This document shows positions 18,795 through 30,790 of a stretch of DNA of 64,000 bases, piece after piece. Position numbers and translations under genes: made by a program. The stretch lies in NCBI RefSeq assembly GCF_009914755.1, contig NC_060932.1; one strand, written 5' to 3'. This stretch comes from the human T2T-CHM13v2.0 reference genome, Homo sapiens. Every line of letters starts with the position of its first letter. The stretch's first letter is position 1. The notes below the pieces were generated by a model. That model had not been told where the DNA came from and did no database searches. It saw nothing but the letters and a program-made list of their open reading frames with translations.

Positions 18795-19140
18795 TGTTCA
18801 TCTAGGTCCTGTAAGAGGCAGATGCCAAGATGGGATTAAACTCACATGCAGTTTATTAGGGTAAATTCCTGTGATATTAACCTAACCCGAGTGAAAGAAA
18901 AGAGGAAAGAAAGGTTGGATGGAGGCATCATAGACTGCTGCATTGTCTAGGGAAGGTTCTGCAAAGCCCTAAGGAAGTCCTCAAGCCAAATTCAGCTGTC
19001 AGCAGAGTCCCATGCATCTCAGGGATGGGCCTGCCTTAGTATTTCTGCCACATTCCATCATTGAGCAGCCCATGGAAAGGATGGCCTCAGCACAAACCCA
19101 ATGATGGATTTCAAGGTGCAGCAGTTGGAGCCCTTGAACT
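18795..19140 (-). mobile_element. ERVL LTR fragment (LTR16-like), interrupted by an MLT1 LTR
   Basis: TAGGTCCTGTAAGAGGCAGATGCCAAGATGGGATT..TTTATTAGGG; continues after 19624. Confidence 0.5.
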
Positions 19141-19141
19141 C

Positions 19142-19624
19142 TGTAATAGGCAGAATGTTTCCCAAAGATGTCCACATCCTCATCCCTGTAACCTATAAAT
19201 GTTACATCATGTGGCAAAAGGGAATTTTCTCTGACTAAAGGCAGAAGAGTGACAGAAGGGTAAATCAGAGAGATTTAAAGTATGAGAAAGGCTTGCTGTG
19301 CTGCTGCAGGAAAGCAAGTGACCTTTAGGAACCGAGAGAATCTCCAACTGACAGGCAGCAAGGAAATCAGTACTACATCTGCAGGCAATTGAATTCTGCC
19401 AAAGACTTGAGTGAGCTGAGAAGTGATTTCTCCCACAGAGCCTCCAGAGAAGAGGCCGGGCCTATCAAGACCTTGATTTCAGGCTCGTAAGATCCAAAGC
19501 AGTAGAGCCAGCCAAGCCTGCCCAGGCTTCTGACCTACAGGAACAGTAAGATAATAATTATGTGTTTTATTAAGCTACACGGTTTGGGGTAACTTGTTAC
19601 AGCAGCAATGGAAAACTAATACAC
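19142..19624 (+). mobile_element. MaLR LTR (MLT1D/E-like)
   Basis: TGTAATAGGCAGAAT..AAAGATGTCCACATCCT..GGCAAAAGGGA..CTTCTGACCTACAG..GCAGCAATGGAAAACTAATACA. Confidence 0.82.
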
Positions 19625-20269
19625 ACCCTCTGTAGCTGGAGGACAGTGAGACACGTTCTCTGGACTTCCACACCACCCTATGTAAAGTCTCAGCTCAGCC
19701 ATTTATTCCTTATCGCTACGCCTGCCTTATTACTCTCCATACACATGTCACTTTCTAATAGTCTATATCATTTACTGGTTTACTTTGTTTGTTGCCTGCT
19801 TCCCTATACAAGGGCAAGAGTTTTAATCCATTGTTCACTGAGGTTCAAACAGTGCCTAGAACATAATAAAATGCTTTTGAAAATTTCATTTAATTTTATT
19901 AATAAATATTAATTCTTCTGTATTTCCATTTGGTTTGGATTGTGGCAGTGTACAACTGAATGCATGGAATATAGGTCAAAAACTCAAGAAAAAAAGGAAG
20001 TAAAGCTATAAAAAATAGGTATGGATTCCATCGATCTGCTCTTTCTGCCTAGGATTTATGTGGTCACTGATCATCCAAATAGCAGCGTATTTTCACAGAG
20101 TAATTTACTTTGTTTCCAGGGACAACTAAATACAAATCTTTTGGCTCATTGATTGTGAAGAATATGGCCAGGCCCTTCTCCTTTGTCACTCCTTTGATAT
20201 ACTGGAGCAACCCCACTAGTCCAACTAAGCTGGCAATCCCCAAGTTTGACATTCACCTGAGGTCCGGGT

Positions 20270-20400
20270 GATATAATCTCCAACTTGGAGATAAACTGAG
20301 GCTCAGAAAGACAATCATTTGCTCAAAGTCATACAATTAATAAGAAGCAGAACTCAGACCCATGACTTCCCATATCAAATCCCATGTTCCTCACATTGTG
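20270..20400 (-). mobile_element. MIR fragment
   Basis: GATAAACTGAGGCTCAGA..TTTGCTCAAAGTCATACA MIR core. Confidence 0.7.
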
Positions 20401-21298
20401 ACATGCTCTCTTTTGGCTCGATTGACTTAAAAAATGATGGACAAGATGGGAGGCATGTGGAAACAGAAAAACTGATTTAAGAGGTTTAATTGTGGGAACA
20501 TAAGAAGACTTTGAGAAAAGAAAAAAATCTGGGCAAAATAAATTTAGGAAGAGTATCTAAAAAGCCTTATTTTTGAGTATGCTTAAAAACAGAATGCATG
20601 CATTAAACATGTACACAATCATTTGGGATTCATCCATATATTTCATTAACCAGGATGTGACCCTGGAAAAATTGTAATGGAAACCATGGCTTTAGGTGTA
20701 GTTTTCTCAATTTGCCAAGTACACAATAAGGAAAGAATCATATGTGCTTCTGAGGTCAGAACATTGTAAATTGTTAGCATCTCAAGCCCACTGTGACCTT
20801 CACCTGGCCAAAGAAGAGCATTAAGCGTAGATGACAAGGCTTTCCTTATATCCCATGCCGACTGCTACCCAGTTTTTCTTCTAAAATGAAAGATTCCATA
20901 ATTGTTTCTAGTAATGTGAATGGTTCAAAAAATAGGGGAAAATTATAAAAATAATACTTGGTCATTTTATAATAGAAAAATTAAAAAATAGAGAAAAATA
21001 GAGAATAGTACAAATACTGCCCCAAATGCCATTCTCCAGGGGCATTGACTATTAATATTTTAGTATATCTGTCTTTAATTTTTTGCACATTATAAATAAA
21101 ATGTTTTAAATAAAGTTAATGTACTTTTAATTCTCCTTCCCCAGACCAGTCCCCAGAGTGAACCACTTTTAAAGATGTGACACACATTCTTCAAGTTGAT
21201 ATTTTACATTTTTCTTAAATATACATGGGTATTATATTTCTTTTGTGTTTTTAAATTTTTACATACATACTACCATACTGTACTAAAGGTCTCTTCAA

Positions 21299-21592
<294 letters not shown>

Positions 21593-21599
21593 ACCTTCA

Positions 21600-22555
21600 A
21601 TTCATTTTTTTATTCAGTCTAGTATTTTGATCTATTTATATTGTCAAAAATTAGTGTACTGTTCATGAATTTTAACTGCTATCTAAAATTATACATTATG
21701 ACTAGGCCACAATTATTTATTCCTTCTGAATAATATTTAGCTCTTTGCAGTTTTTTTCTCTCATATTCCAAAAAACACTGTAGTGGATATTCTTAAAATA
21801 TTACTTCCTGGAGCACAATTGCAAGAATTTATCTGGACAATATTTTTAGAGGAGAAATTGCTAGATCAGAAGGTATGCACAATTTTAACTTCACTTGATT
21901 TTGCTCAGTTACTCTCCCTGTAATGGTTGCACGAATTCATATTACCACAGCAGTATGTGAGTTGTTTTCCTCACATGCTTTTGTAACACATATATATGCA
22001 TACATATATGTATACATACATATATCTAGACACGTAGCTATACATAACTATATATTCTGGATAAGAATTTTGGTTTATGTTTCAAATATCTTCTTTCAAA
22101 TATCTAATGTTTGCCTTTTTTTTTTTTTTTTTTTTTTTTTGACAGAGTCTTGCTCTGTTGCCCAGGCTGGAGTGCAGTAACATGATCATAGCTCACCACA
22201 GCCTCGATTTCCCAGGCTCAAGCAATCCTCTCACCTCAGCACCCTGAGTAGCTGGGACAACAGGTGAACGCCACCATGCCTGGCTAATTACTGATTATTA
22301 TTATTATTATTATCATTATTATTATTTAGTAGAGACAGGGTTTTGCCACATTGCCCGGGCTGGTCTCAAACTCCTAGGCTCAAGAAATCCTCTTGCTTCT
22401 GTCTCCCAAAGTACTAGAATTACAGGCCTGTGCCCAGACTGCTGTTTGCCTTTTACACTAGATTATCATACAAGTTTTACATTTGATTATCGTCAACTTT
22501 ATCAGTCTTTTCCTGTAAGAGTTGTGCTCTTTTGGATCTTATCCAAAAGTCTTTT
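21600..22555 (-). mobile_element. Ancient L1M fragment (antisense), continuing near 24300-24560
   Basis: GGAGAAATTGCTAGATCAGAAGGTATGCAC..TACCACAGCAGTATGTGAG antisense L1M motifs. Confidence 0.55.
22116..22440 (-). mobile_element. AluJ
   Basis: Poly-T, GACAGAGTCTTGCTCTGTTGCCCAGG..CATAGCTCAC..; middle A-tract expanded to (ATT)n; TSD TGTTTGCC on both sides. Confidence 0.9.
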
Positions 22556-22559
22556 CTTG

Positions 22560-23790
22560 ATAATTGGCTATTCATATGCAGAAGAATGAAACTGGTCCCC
22601 TACTTCTTATCATATAAAAATATTACTCAAGATGGATTAAAGACTTAAAAAGTCCTAGAAGAAAACCCAGGAAACACGCTTCTGGACACTGGCATTGGCA
22701 AAAAATAATTATAACCAAGTCCTCAAAAGCAATTGCAACAAAAACAAAAATTGACAAGAGGGACCTAATTAAACTAAAGATTTTCTGCACAACAAAAGAA
22801 ACTATCAACAGAGTAATCAGACAACCTACAGAACGGGAGAAAATATTAGCAAAGTATGCATCTGACAAAGGTCTAGTATCCAGAATCTATTAGGAACTTA
22901 TATCAACAAGAAAAGGCCTAATAAATTCTCATTAAAAAGTAGGCAAAGGGCATGAACAGGCACTTCTCAAAAGAATACATACATGCAGCCAACAAACATA
23001 TGAAAAAATGCTCAACAGCACTTTGATTTGATTTATATCATCAGAGGAATGTAAATTGAAACCACAATGAGATACCATCTTGAAACAGTCAGAATGGTTA
23101 TTACTAAACAGTGAAAAAACAACAGATGCTGGCGAGGCTGTGGAAGAAGGGGAATGCTTATGCACTGTTGGTGGGAATGTAAATTAGTTCAGCCACTGTG
23201 AAAGCAGTTGGAGATTTCTCAACGAACTAAAATTAGAACTATCATTCAACCCAGTGATCCCATTACAGTGTATACACCCAAAAGAAAAGAAATCACTCTA
23301 TCAAAAAGATATATGCACTCTTATGTTCATCGAACACTATTCACAATAACAAAACATGGGATCAACCTAGATGCCTGTCAATGGTGGATTGTATAAAGAA
23401 AATGTGGTACATATACACCATGAAATGCTACACAACCATTAAAGAGAAAGAAATCATATCCCTTGCAACAACATGGGTACAGCTGGAGGCCATTATCCTA
23501 AGTGAATTAACATAGAAACGAAAAAGCAAAAACCACATGGTCTCACTTATAAGTGGGAGCTAAACATTGGGTACACATGGACATAAAAATGGGAACAACA
23601 GACACTGGGAACTACAAGAGAGGAAAGGGAAAGTGGGGGGATAAGGGTTGAAAAACCACCTATTGCTACTGTGCTCACTACCTGGGTGATGGGCTCAATC
23701 ATACCCCAAACTTCAGCATCACGCAATATACCCTTGTCACAAACCTGCACATGCACTCCTTGAATCTAAAATAAAAATAGAATTATTTTA
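22560..23790 (+). mobile_element. 5'-truncated L1 (L1PA16/L1PB-like) 3' end
   Basis: ORF2 C-terminal remnant and 3'UTR GGGAGCTAAACATTGGGTACACATGG..CAGCATCACGCAATATACCC..AATCTAAAATAAAA. Confidence 0.9.
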
Positions 23791-23812
23791 AGTTCATGCT
23801 TCACACTCAGTC

Positions 23813-24300
23813 ATTGCATTGTATATTTGCTGTTTGCCATCCCAGATCCACCTACCACTCTTCCGTATTCTGTTCTGTGCTCTGTAAATTCAACCTCTAC
23901 ACAATGCATCAGTTGAGTTCCCTTGACCTCTAGTTTCCTCTTGGGTTTGATCAATGGGAGACATCTGCAGGAGATCAAGGGATGGGAGGAGAGAAAATTG
24001 AGGCATTTGTATTCCTGACTGTGAAATTTTGGAAATGCTGCATTTCTCTAAGGTCATAATTTCTATTGAGTAGCCCTTTTTCTGCAACTAGAGGTCTCCA
24101 CATTTCATGTGACCATTCCCTTCACCTTCCCCTTTAAGCTTAGAGATTGAAACAGTAAGGACTGTTTGTTCTGGCCAGCCCCAGAATGCTTCACCATCCT
24201 ATGTTGGTTTCCCTTAATTGTCTCCACAACTTTATAACTAGTCCATTCATTTAACTCTCTTAAATTACTGCTTTTTTTCCTGCCCAGACCCTGAACAATA
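23813..24300 (+). mobile_element. ERVL LTR (LTR33-like)
   Basis: CCAGATCCAC..CCCTTGACCTCTAG..GGGTTTGATCAATGGGAG..GCAGGAGATC..CCCAGACCCTGA. Confidence 0.7.
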
Positions 24301-25353
24301 TAGTCATGAGTATATTCTGTTATATATAATTTTAATAATTTTCTGTATTTTTTAGAGTTTATACAATATGAGCTTTATGTATATGATATGAGGTTGATGT
24401 ATATAGTATGAGGTCAGGAACTAATTTTATTTTTTCCCATGTGGAAAGCCATGTGTGCAACACTATTTATTGAACAGTCAAGTCTTTTCCCACTGATGTA
24501 TCACACTCACTTGTATCATAAACCAAGAAAGCGCATACACTTGAGTCTGTTTCTGAGTTATTCATTCAGTTCCAGAAAGACAAGATATTTAAGCTCCCCA
24601 CATGGTTAATATGTATTTCATATCGCTGTGTGAGAATTGAGTTAATACTTTCCTATTGATCAGTACAGGCTACTACTTTGATCAATACAGGGCACATAGT
24701 AAAAGCTAAAAATCAGTTATATACTGTTTTCATCAATTTTTTATATCTTTGCACAAATCCTGCATTCTTTAATGACTATAGGTTTATAGTTAATGTTGAT
24801 ATCTACTGGGATATGTCTCTTTTACTGTTTTTATGTTTGCTTGTTTGTTTGTTTGTTTGTTTTATTGTGGCTTGACAGAGATTCCATGTGGCATTTTTAT
24901 CTTCCAAAAAATCCTTCTAGCATGACGGGATCTGCCATGCTCGAGGGCCCCAATTGACAAGTGAAGTGTGATTTCAGGTGAATTCTCAGCCTTGGCCTGA
25001 TCTTGCAGAGAGGTAGACAGTATAACAACAGCACAGAGTGTTTTCCATCTTGAGGAAGTAAGCTGGTCTTTCATATTTCTCTATCTGTCATTGGGTTGCT
25101 GCAGGTTGGGAGAAGGATGAGTCAATCCCTGGGTTCTTCCATCTCTCAGCTATCTACATGAATCAACTTGAATAGCCTCGTGGTGGTTCTTGAAGAAAAT
25201 TGCAGGAGGAATCCAGTAGAATGAAGAGCACTGAAGTTGGAGGATGGCAAAAGGCTGTGAGGGGCACTGAGCAGAGCACCAACATAATCCATTACAGCAG
25301 GTCCAAGCATGGTACTCACCAAAGGCATAGGCAGATGGAGCTCAAAGCCCCAT

Positions 25354-25408
25354 CAACAGCAAACCCTCCCTTCCAAGTCAGATGCAACAGCAAACCCTCC
25401 CTTCCAAG
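25354..25408 (+). repeat. 24-bp direct repeat CAACAGCAAACCCTCCCTTCCAAG x2 (7-bp spacer)
   Basis: Copies at 25354-25377 and 25385-25408. Confidence 0.9.
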
Positions 25409-27236
25409 AGCAAGCCTTGATGCCAATAAAAGGATGTATTCAATCCCCAAATACAATCCAGCAAGCTCTGTATTTTTGTACAGGATGTGTACAGATGCAT
25501 ATAATATTTATCAATCCCTCAGTTCTTATACTTTTCCTTTTATGACTTCTTGTTCACAAAAGGAATTTTCTATGTTTTAAATTCATTTATTTTATGCCTT
25601 ACAGTTAGTTTTCTTTAGTTTAATTCAATAGATAACATTTTGGTACTAGCATTATTATTATGTAAGACTTTAGGACCCATGCTACTATATTTTCTAGATT
25701 TAAGTTCAATATTTTGGAGTGAAGGTAACATTACTGATGGCATCTTCACCAAAATTACTTTTTAACAAAGTTAATGTAAAGAAATCTTAGTATTTATGGT
25801 ATATGACTCTAGTTTTAGATTGCTGATGGGTATACCTGTGTGACGTAATGGGGAAACTATTTGTGGTGATGACAACCATGAAGCAAAAAGAACATGTGGG
25901 CATAACATCATTACAGAGGGATGAAGGCTACCTTCATAAAAATAGGACAAAACTATTTGTTAATTACGATAAATCCAAACAAACAAAATTGAATAGAATT
26001 TTGGAAATAGCTATTTCAGCTTTTAAAAAGTAAATAATTCCTATGTTCATATAACCTTGGAAGAGATTATACAGTGTTTGGGGTCATATACTCAGAAAGA
26101 TTGTGATAAATATTATGACATTTAAAAAAATATAGTTTAGCCTCTGGCTAGTCTCAAGCAAAAAATGAAGTGATTTGTTCCATTAGACCCAAGAGGTCAC
26201 AAAACCTAATTATTCCATTGCTTCCTCTGGCATAATCTCTGTGACTGTTGTTTTAGATGTTAATTCTCCAAGGATGCTATTCGTACCTCACTTCTGCACT
26301 GTTTGTCCCACACTGGAAATAGTGCAGGTGTTATAAATGTCATTGTGTTTCCAAAGCACAAAACTCCATTAATCATGTATGTTTATGGTTTAACAAGAAC
26401 TAATGTTGCTAAGTGGTAATATGATATTATTAGGTAATGTAGTGTGATACGGAGAATTCTCTAAGAACAGTGTGCACTTTTATGCATCTGTGCTTTAGTG
26501 TGTACCATTCTCTTGGCCCAGGACTCTCTTTACCTCTATCTGCTATTGAATTTCTGCCTGTATTCAAGGCTTAGATCAAATATCAGCTCTGTGAAGCCTT
26601 CCCTGTTCTTCACAGTAAAAAGCACTCCCTCCCTTCCCTTTGCTTATACAAGCATTTTAATACTTATCAGACTCTGTGTGTCTCTCTCTGCCTGCTTCTT
26701 GTCTGTCTGTCCTATTACAGCTTAGGGTCTTAGAATGGATCCTTCGCAACTTCATTTCCCTAATACCCAGAAAAATACTTGACACTGGCAAGTGGCAGTC
26801 GGCACTCAATGAATGTCTACACCGTATGTTGTTGTTTTCTGAAGGGTTCCTTCACTCCACCAGTACCTTCGTCAGTACCTGCCATATGGATGCCTCTTTG
26901 CAAATGTTTGTAGAATTGAATAGAATTCATTCACATGTAACACAAATATTTGATGATTATTTTAATTTTCTTAACACCCTCCAAATGGCACTAAGAATAG
27001 TACATCAATGCTTATTATCATTGCTGTTGGCAGTCCACAATGGCACTTAAGAATGAATACTTGGTTTCAACTTTCTTCAATAAAAGCTTATAAACTGAAA
27101 CCACTCTACATGTATACTGGAATTGGACAATTAAGTAAATAAATGGCAGAAGGTAAGAGCCAAGTTTCTCACTGGTGGAGTGGGACATTACAGACAAGCA
27201 ACAGGAAAAGGCTAGAATGATCCATGTGATAATAGA

Positions 27237-27310
27237 TTAGAGTTGGAAACTTCAGTATAAACTCATATTTAGCTTAGAGTTGGAAACTTCAGTATGAACT
27301 CATATTTAAC
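27237..27310 (+). repeat. 37-bp tandem duplication
   Basis: TTAGAGTTGGAAACTTCAGTAT(A/G)AACTCATATTTA(G/A)C x2. Confidence 0.9.
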
Positions 27311-27643
27311 TTAATATAAATACAGATGGATACATAGATGTATTTTTAGATTTGTGTATGTACATGAGTTGGGATGCACATACATATTTCCTTGCTCTAT
27401 CAGCTGAGAAGGCCTAGAAATAACAGCACCCCAGTAGCAACAAGCACACCCAAAGTCCAGACCTTGGTTTCTAATACCACTCCTCAGTGCTAGGAACCAG
27501 GGCTCCTTGGAGGGAATTGCTGATTATAGGAGTAGAGTAAGAAATATACAAGATGAGCCTGGAGCATCTTACAGTGCCAGAAAGTAAGGATGTGCTTAAA
27601 AGAACCCCACAATATTGAGGATACATCAAAGAGACATAGGTAC

Positions 27644-27999
27644 TGTATTAGTCCGTTTTCACACTGCTAGTAAAGACATACCCAAGACTGGGTAATTTAC
27701 ACAGGAAAAAGGTTTAATGGACTCACAGTTCCACATGGCTGGGGAAGCTTTACAATCATGGCAGAAGGCAAGGAGGAGCAAGTCACGTCTCACATGGATG
27801 GCAGCAGGCAAAGAAAGAGAGCTTGTGCAGGGAAACTCCCCCTTATAAAACTGTCAGATCTCTTGCGATTTATTCACTATCATGAGAACAGCATGGGATA
27901 AACCTTCCCCCATGATTCAATTATCTCCCGCCGGGTCCTTCCCACAACACATGGGAATTCAAGATGAGATTTGGATGAGGATACAGCCAAACAATATCA
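27644..27999 (-). mobile_element. THE1 (THE1B-like) MaLR solo LTR
   Basis: TGTATTAGTCCGTTTTCACACTGCT..GACTCACAGTTCCACATGGCTGGGGA..CTTGTGCAGGGAAACTCCC..AAACAATATCA; 5-bp TSD GGTAC/GGTGC. Confidence 0.92.
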
Positions 28000-28126
28000 G
28001 GTGCCAACTGAAAAATCTCCCAATGGCCAAAGCTGAAACAATTTGTGCAACAAAATACAGTAGTGACAGATTATAACCAAAGGTATAAAATAAATATCTG
28101 AGAGTCCACTCTGATATAAAAATGAT

Positions 28127-28260
28127 GAAAGAAGGAAGGAAGAAAGAAAGAAGGAAAGAAAGAAAAAGAAAGAAAGAAAGAGAAAGAAAGAAAAAGAAAG
28201 AAAGAAAAAGAAAGAAAGAAAAGAAAGAAAGAAAAGAAAGAAAGAAAAAAAGAAAGAAAG
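28127..28260 (+). repeat. (GAAA)n complex microsatellite
   Basis: Direct reading. Confidence 0.95.
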
Positions 28261-29040
28261 GCAAACATCCTCTGCAGAAGAATTCCAATAATTTGTGTAG
28301 CTACTGCCCCTCAAGGCAGTGGAGAATAGCTCCTCTTTCCTTAAGTGTGGGCTTCCCATAGTGGCTGCCTTCCAGAGTGCAGTGTGGAAAACTAAGGAAA
28401 GAGTATTTTTTCAGTGGAGAAACTTCACAAGTACTGCCTCAATCAGGTGATCAAGATTAACATCAACAGTGATAAGTCACGTCAGTAGTGTGATGTGATG
28501 AGAATGGCACTTTCCCTCTGTGATTTTCTTCCCCAAAACCCGTAACTCCAGTCTAATCATGAGAAAACAAAAAACAAAAAAACAAAAAACAAAAACCAGA
28601 AAGATCCTGACAGAAGTACATTCTACAAAATACTTGGCCCGTACTTTTCAAAACTTTCAAGGTCATCCAAAATAAGGAAAGTCTGAGAAATCATCACAGC
28701 CCAGAGGAACATAAGAAAACATAACATTGAGAAGTAACGTGATGTCTTGGATAGCACTCCGGAACAGAAAAGGGACATTAATTAAATACTAAGGAAATCT
28801 GAATGAGTTATAGACTCTGGTTAAATTTTTAAAAGCCTTTGAGTACGTAATGTAAAGAACCCGAGCATAGTGGAAGGTTTGCACTGGAGCATGCTGTACA
28901 TTTGCTACTTCATCTATCTAATTTATATTATTATTATTATATATTATATTAATAATGTTAATATGTCAGTCATCTAATGATAAATGAAAGAGGTAATGAA
29001 ACACTGTTCCTTATAATTATGCTCCTCATCCAAACACATA

Positions 29041-29822
29041 CCGCAGGTCCCCAAATAATGTATTTTCGTTCAGTATCATTTTGTTGTAATATTGATGAGA
29101 AAAAAATCTCTCCCTGGCTGGGACCACTCTCTGTGAGGAGTTGACATGTTCTCCCCATGTCTGTGTGGGTTTTCTCCAGGTCCTCCCATTTCCTCCCACA
29201 TCCCAAAGCCCACTAGCACACCCTGCGATGGGATGGGGTCGCATCCTGTCTAGCGTCAGTCCCTACCTTGCACCCTGAGCTGCCAGGATGGGCTCGGGCC
29301 ACCCACCACCCAGAATTCAAAAAGTGGGTTGGAAAATAAATGTAAGTTATTATAATAAAAATTTGTAAAGTATACAATAATTATACAAATGCACGACAAT
29401 AAGTGATTCAGTATGAAAGTGCTCAGCAAGACTGCTTTCTTTGTTTGTTTTTGAACTGCAAGGTGGCAGGAGGTGCTCCTTACAAATTTTCAGTTTGCAA
29501 ACATTCATTCCTTGATTTAACCCACCATCACTATGGCTGTCATCACTCAATTCACCAAAAATTAGATAAATAACTATCTTACTTGTTTTTATTAGTCTTT
29601 ATTAAATGTATGTATAGCTCATATTTATTTCACTGCTTAATATTAGAAGTGTATGGGTCTTTATTTAGAAGTGTAGTGATATTTTTTGTGACCACAAATA
29701 TGCCATAGGAACTTAAGTCTTGCTTATATTAATTAGCCTATGGTGAAATTGGTTTTGTTATACATCATTTTGCTTAAAGTCACAGTTTCCAAGAACCTAT
29801 GGATGACATTGAAGACTTACTG
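29041..29822 (+). mobile_element. MER6-like non-autonomous TcMar-Tigger DNA transposon
   Basis: GCAGGTCCCCAAATAATG start and GACTTACTG end, both flanked by TA; internal GTTCTCCCCATGTCTGTGTGGGTTTTCTCC..TTTCCTCCCACATCCCAAAG. Confidence 0.8.
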
Positions 29823-30250
29823 TACAGGGACCACAATCATATAAACATGTATATTTATATCGACATGTGTCTATGAAGAGCCATAAATACTAGTAAGTAA
29901 GAGTAGACAATCAATGATATACATTTCTGGTCCATTGGATTGGCCTTATTTTCAGAACCTGAGCCCTTTGTTTTTATTCTCCCTCTCTCGTTTCAACAGA
30001 ATATAAAAGGTTTTACAGGCAAAGTGGTTGCATATTTCTAGGACTATTAAACTTCTAGGTTTCTGTAAAATTCAGAAATAATGTTATAAAGAAAATACCA
30101 AAATGTTGTATATAGAAAATGACCCCCAAATATAGCTGCTGATTTCTTCTCTTAACTCCTTGGTGCAATTGACCCACATGTTCATTCATGTATTTCCTGG
30201 AGATGCTGGATTCATCACTTTATACAACTCCTGGCCTCATGCCTCTTACT

Positions 30251-30296
30251 CCTGGTGTTCTGAGAGATACAGACCTGGTGTTCTGAGAGATACAGA
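30251..30296 (+). repeat. Perfect 23-bp tandem duplication CCTGGTGTTCTGAGAGATACAGA x2
   Basis: Direct reading. Confidence 0.92.
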
Positions 30297-30564
30297 CATG
30301 GAAACAATCAAGTCAGTGCACTATAACAAAACCACATGTGACATCAAGAAAGGTTTAACCAAAGGGGTTTGGTTTAGCTGTCCTTGAAGGATGAATAGGC
30401 ATCCATAAACATACTAGATCTTGGGAAAAAAAGGAATACTTAGAAAAATGATTCATTCATTATAGAGACGAGGCAGAGAGAAACCTAGGAATAGAATTAT
30501 CCTGCTAGGGAAAATCAAGGCAAAATGGCAAGGTTGGTAAGATTTGTCTTTGATGGTGATGAAT

Positions 30565-30790
30565 GTTTAGGATCTGGTATAAGACAAGCTGAGTTCATAT
30601 CCCAGCTCTACTATTTATGACTTAGTGAGCTACTTAAGCTCTCTCTGCCTCTAATTCTTTATCTGTAAGACAGCTAATAATAATAGCTGCCACTTCACCT
30701 AGTAAGAGAATCAATGAGATAACATGCGTCTAATACTAAGTGTAGTATTTGGCATATGAGGGTCAATGCACATTGTTGTTACTTATATTA
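30565..30790 (+). mobile_element. MIR
   Basis: GAGTTCATATCCCAGCTCTAC..CTCTCTGCCTC..ATCTGTAA..GATAACATG. Confidence 0.7.

Larger units (their letters stand above)
27100..28830 (+). mobile_element. L1MC/L1MD-type 3'UTR relic interrupted by a THE1 LTR and (GAAA)n
   Basis: CACCCCAGTAGCAACAAGCACACC..CTTGGTTTCTAATACCAC; GTGATCAAGATTAACATCAACAGTGATAAGTCA; ACATTCTACAAAATAC. Confidence 0.7.

Noticed and set aside
27959-28361. Phe/Leu/Ser-rich and Lys/Arg/Glu-rich ORFs
   Set aside because: Artefacts of the (GAAA)n microsatellite
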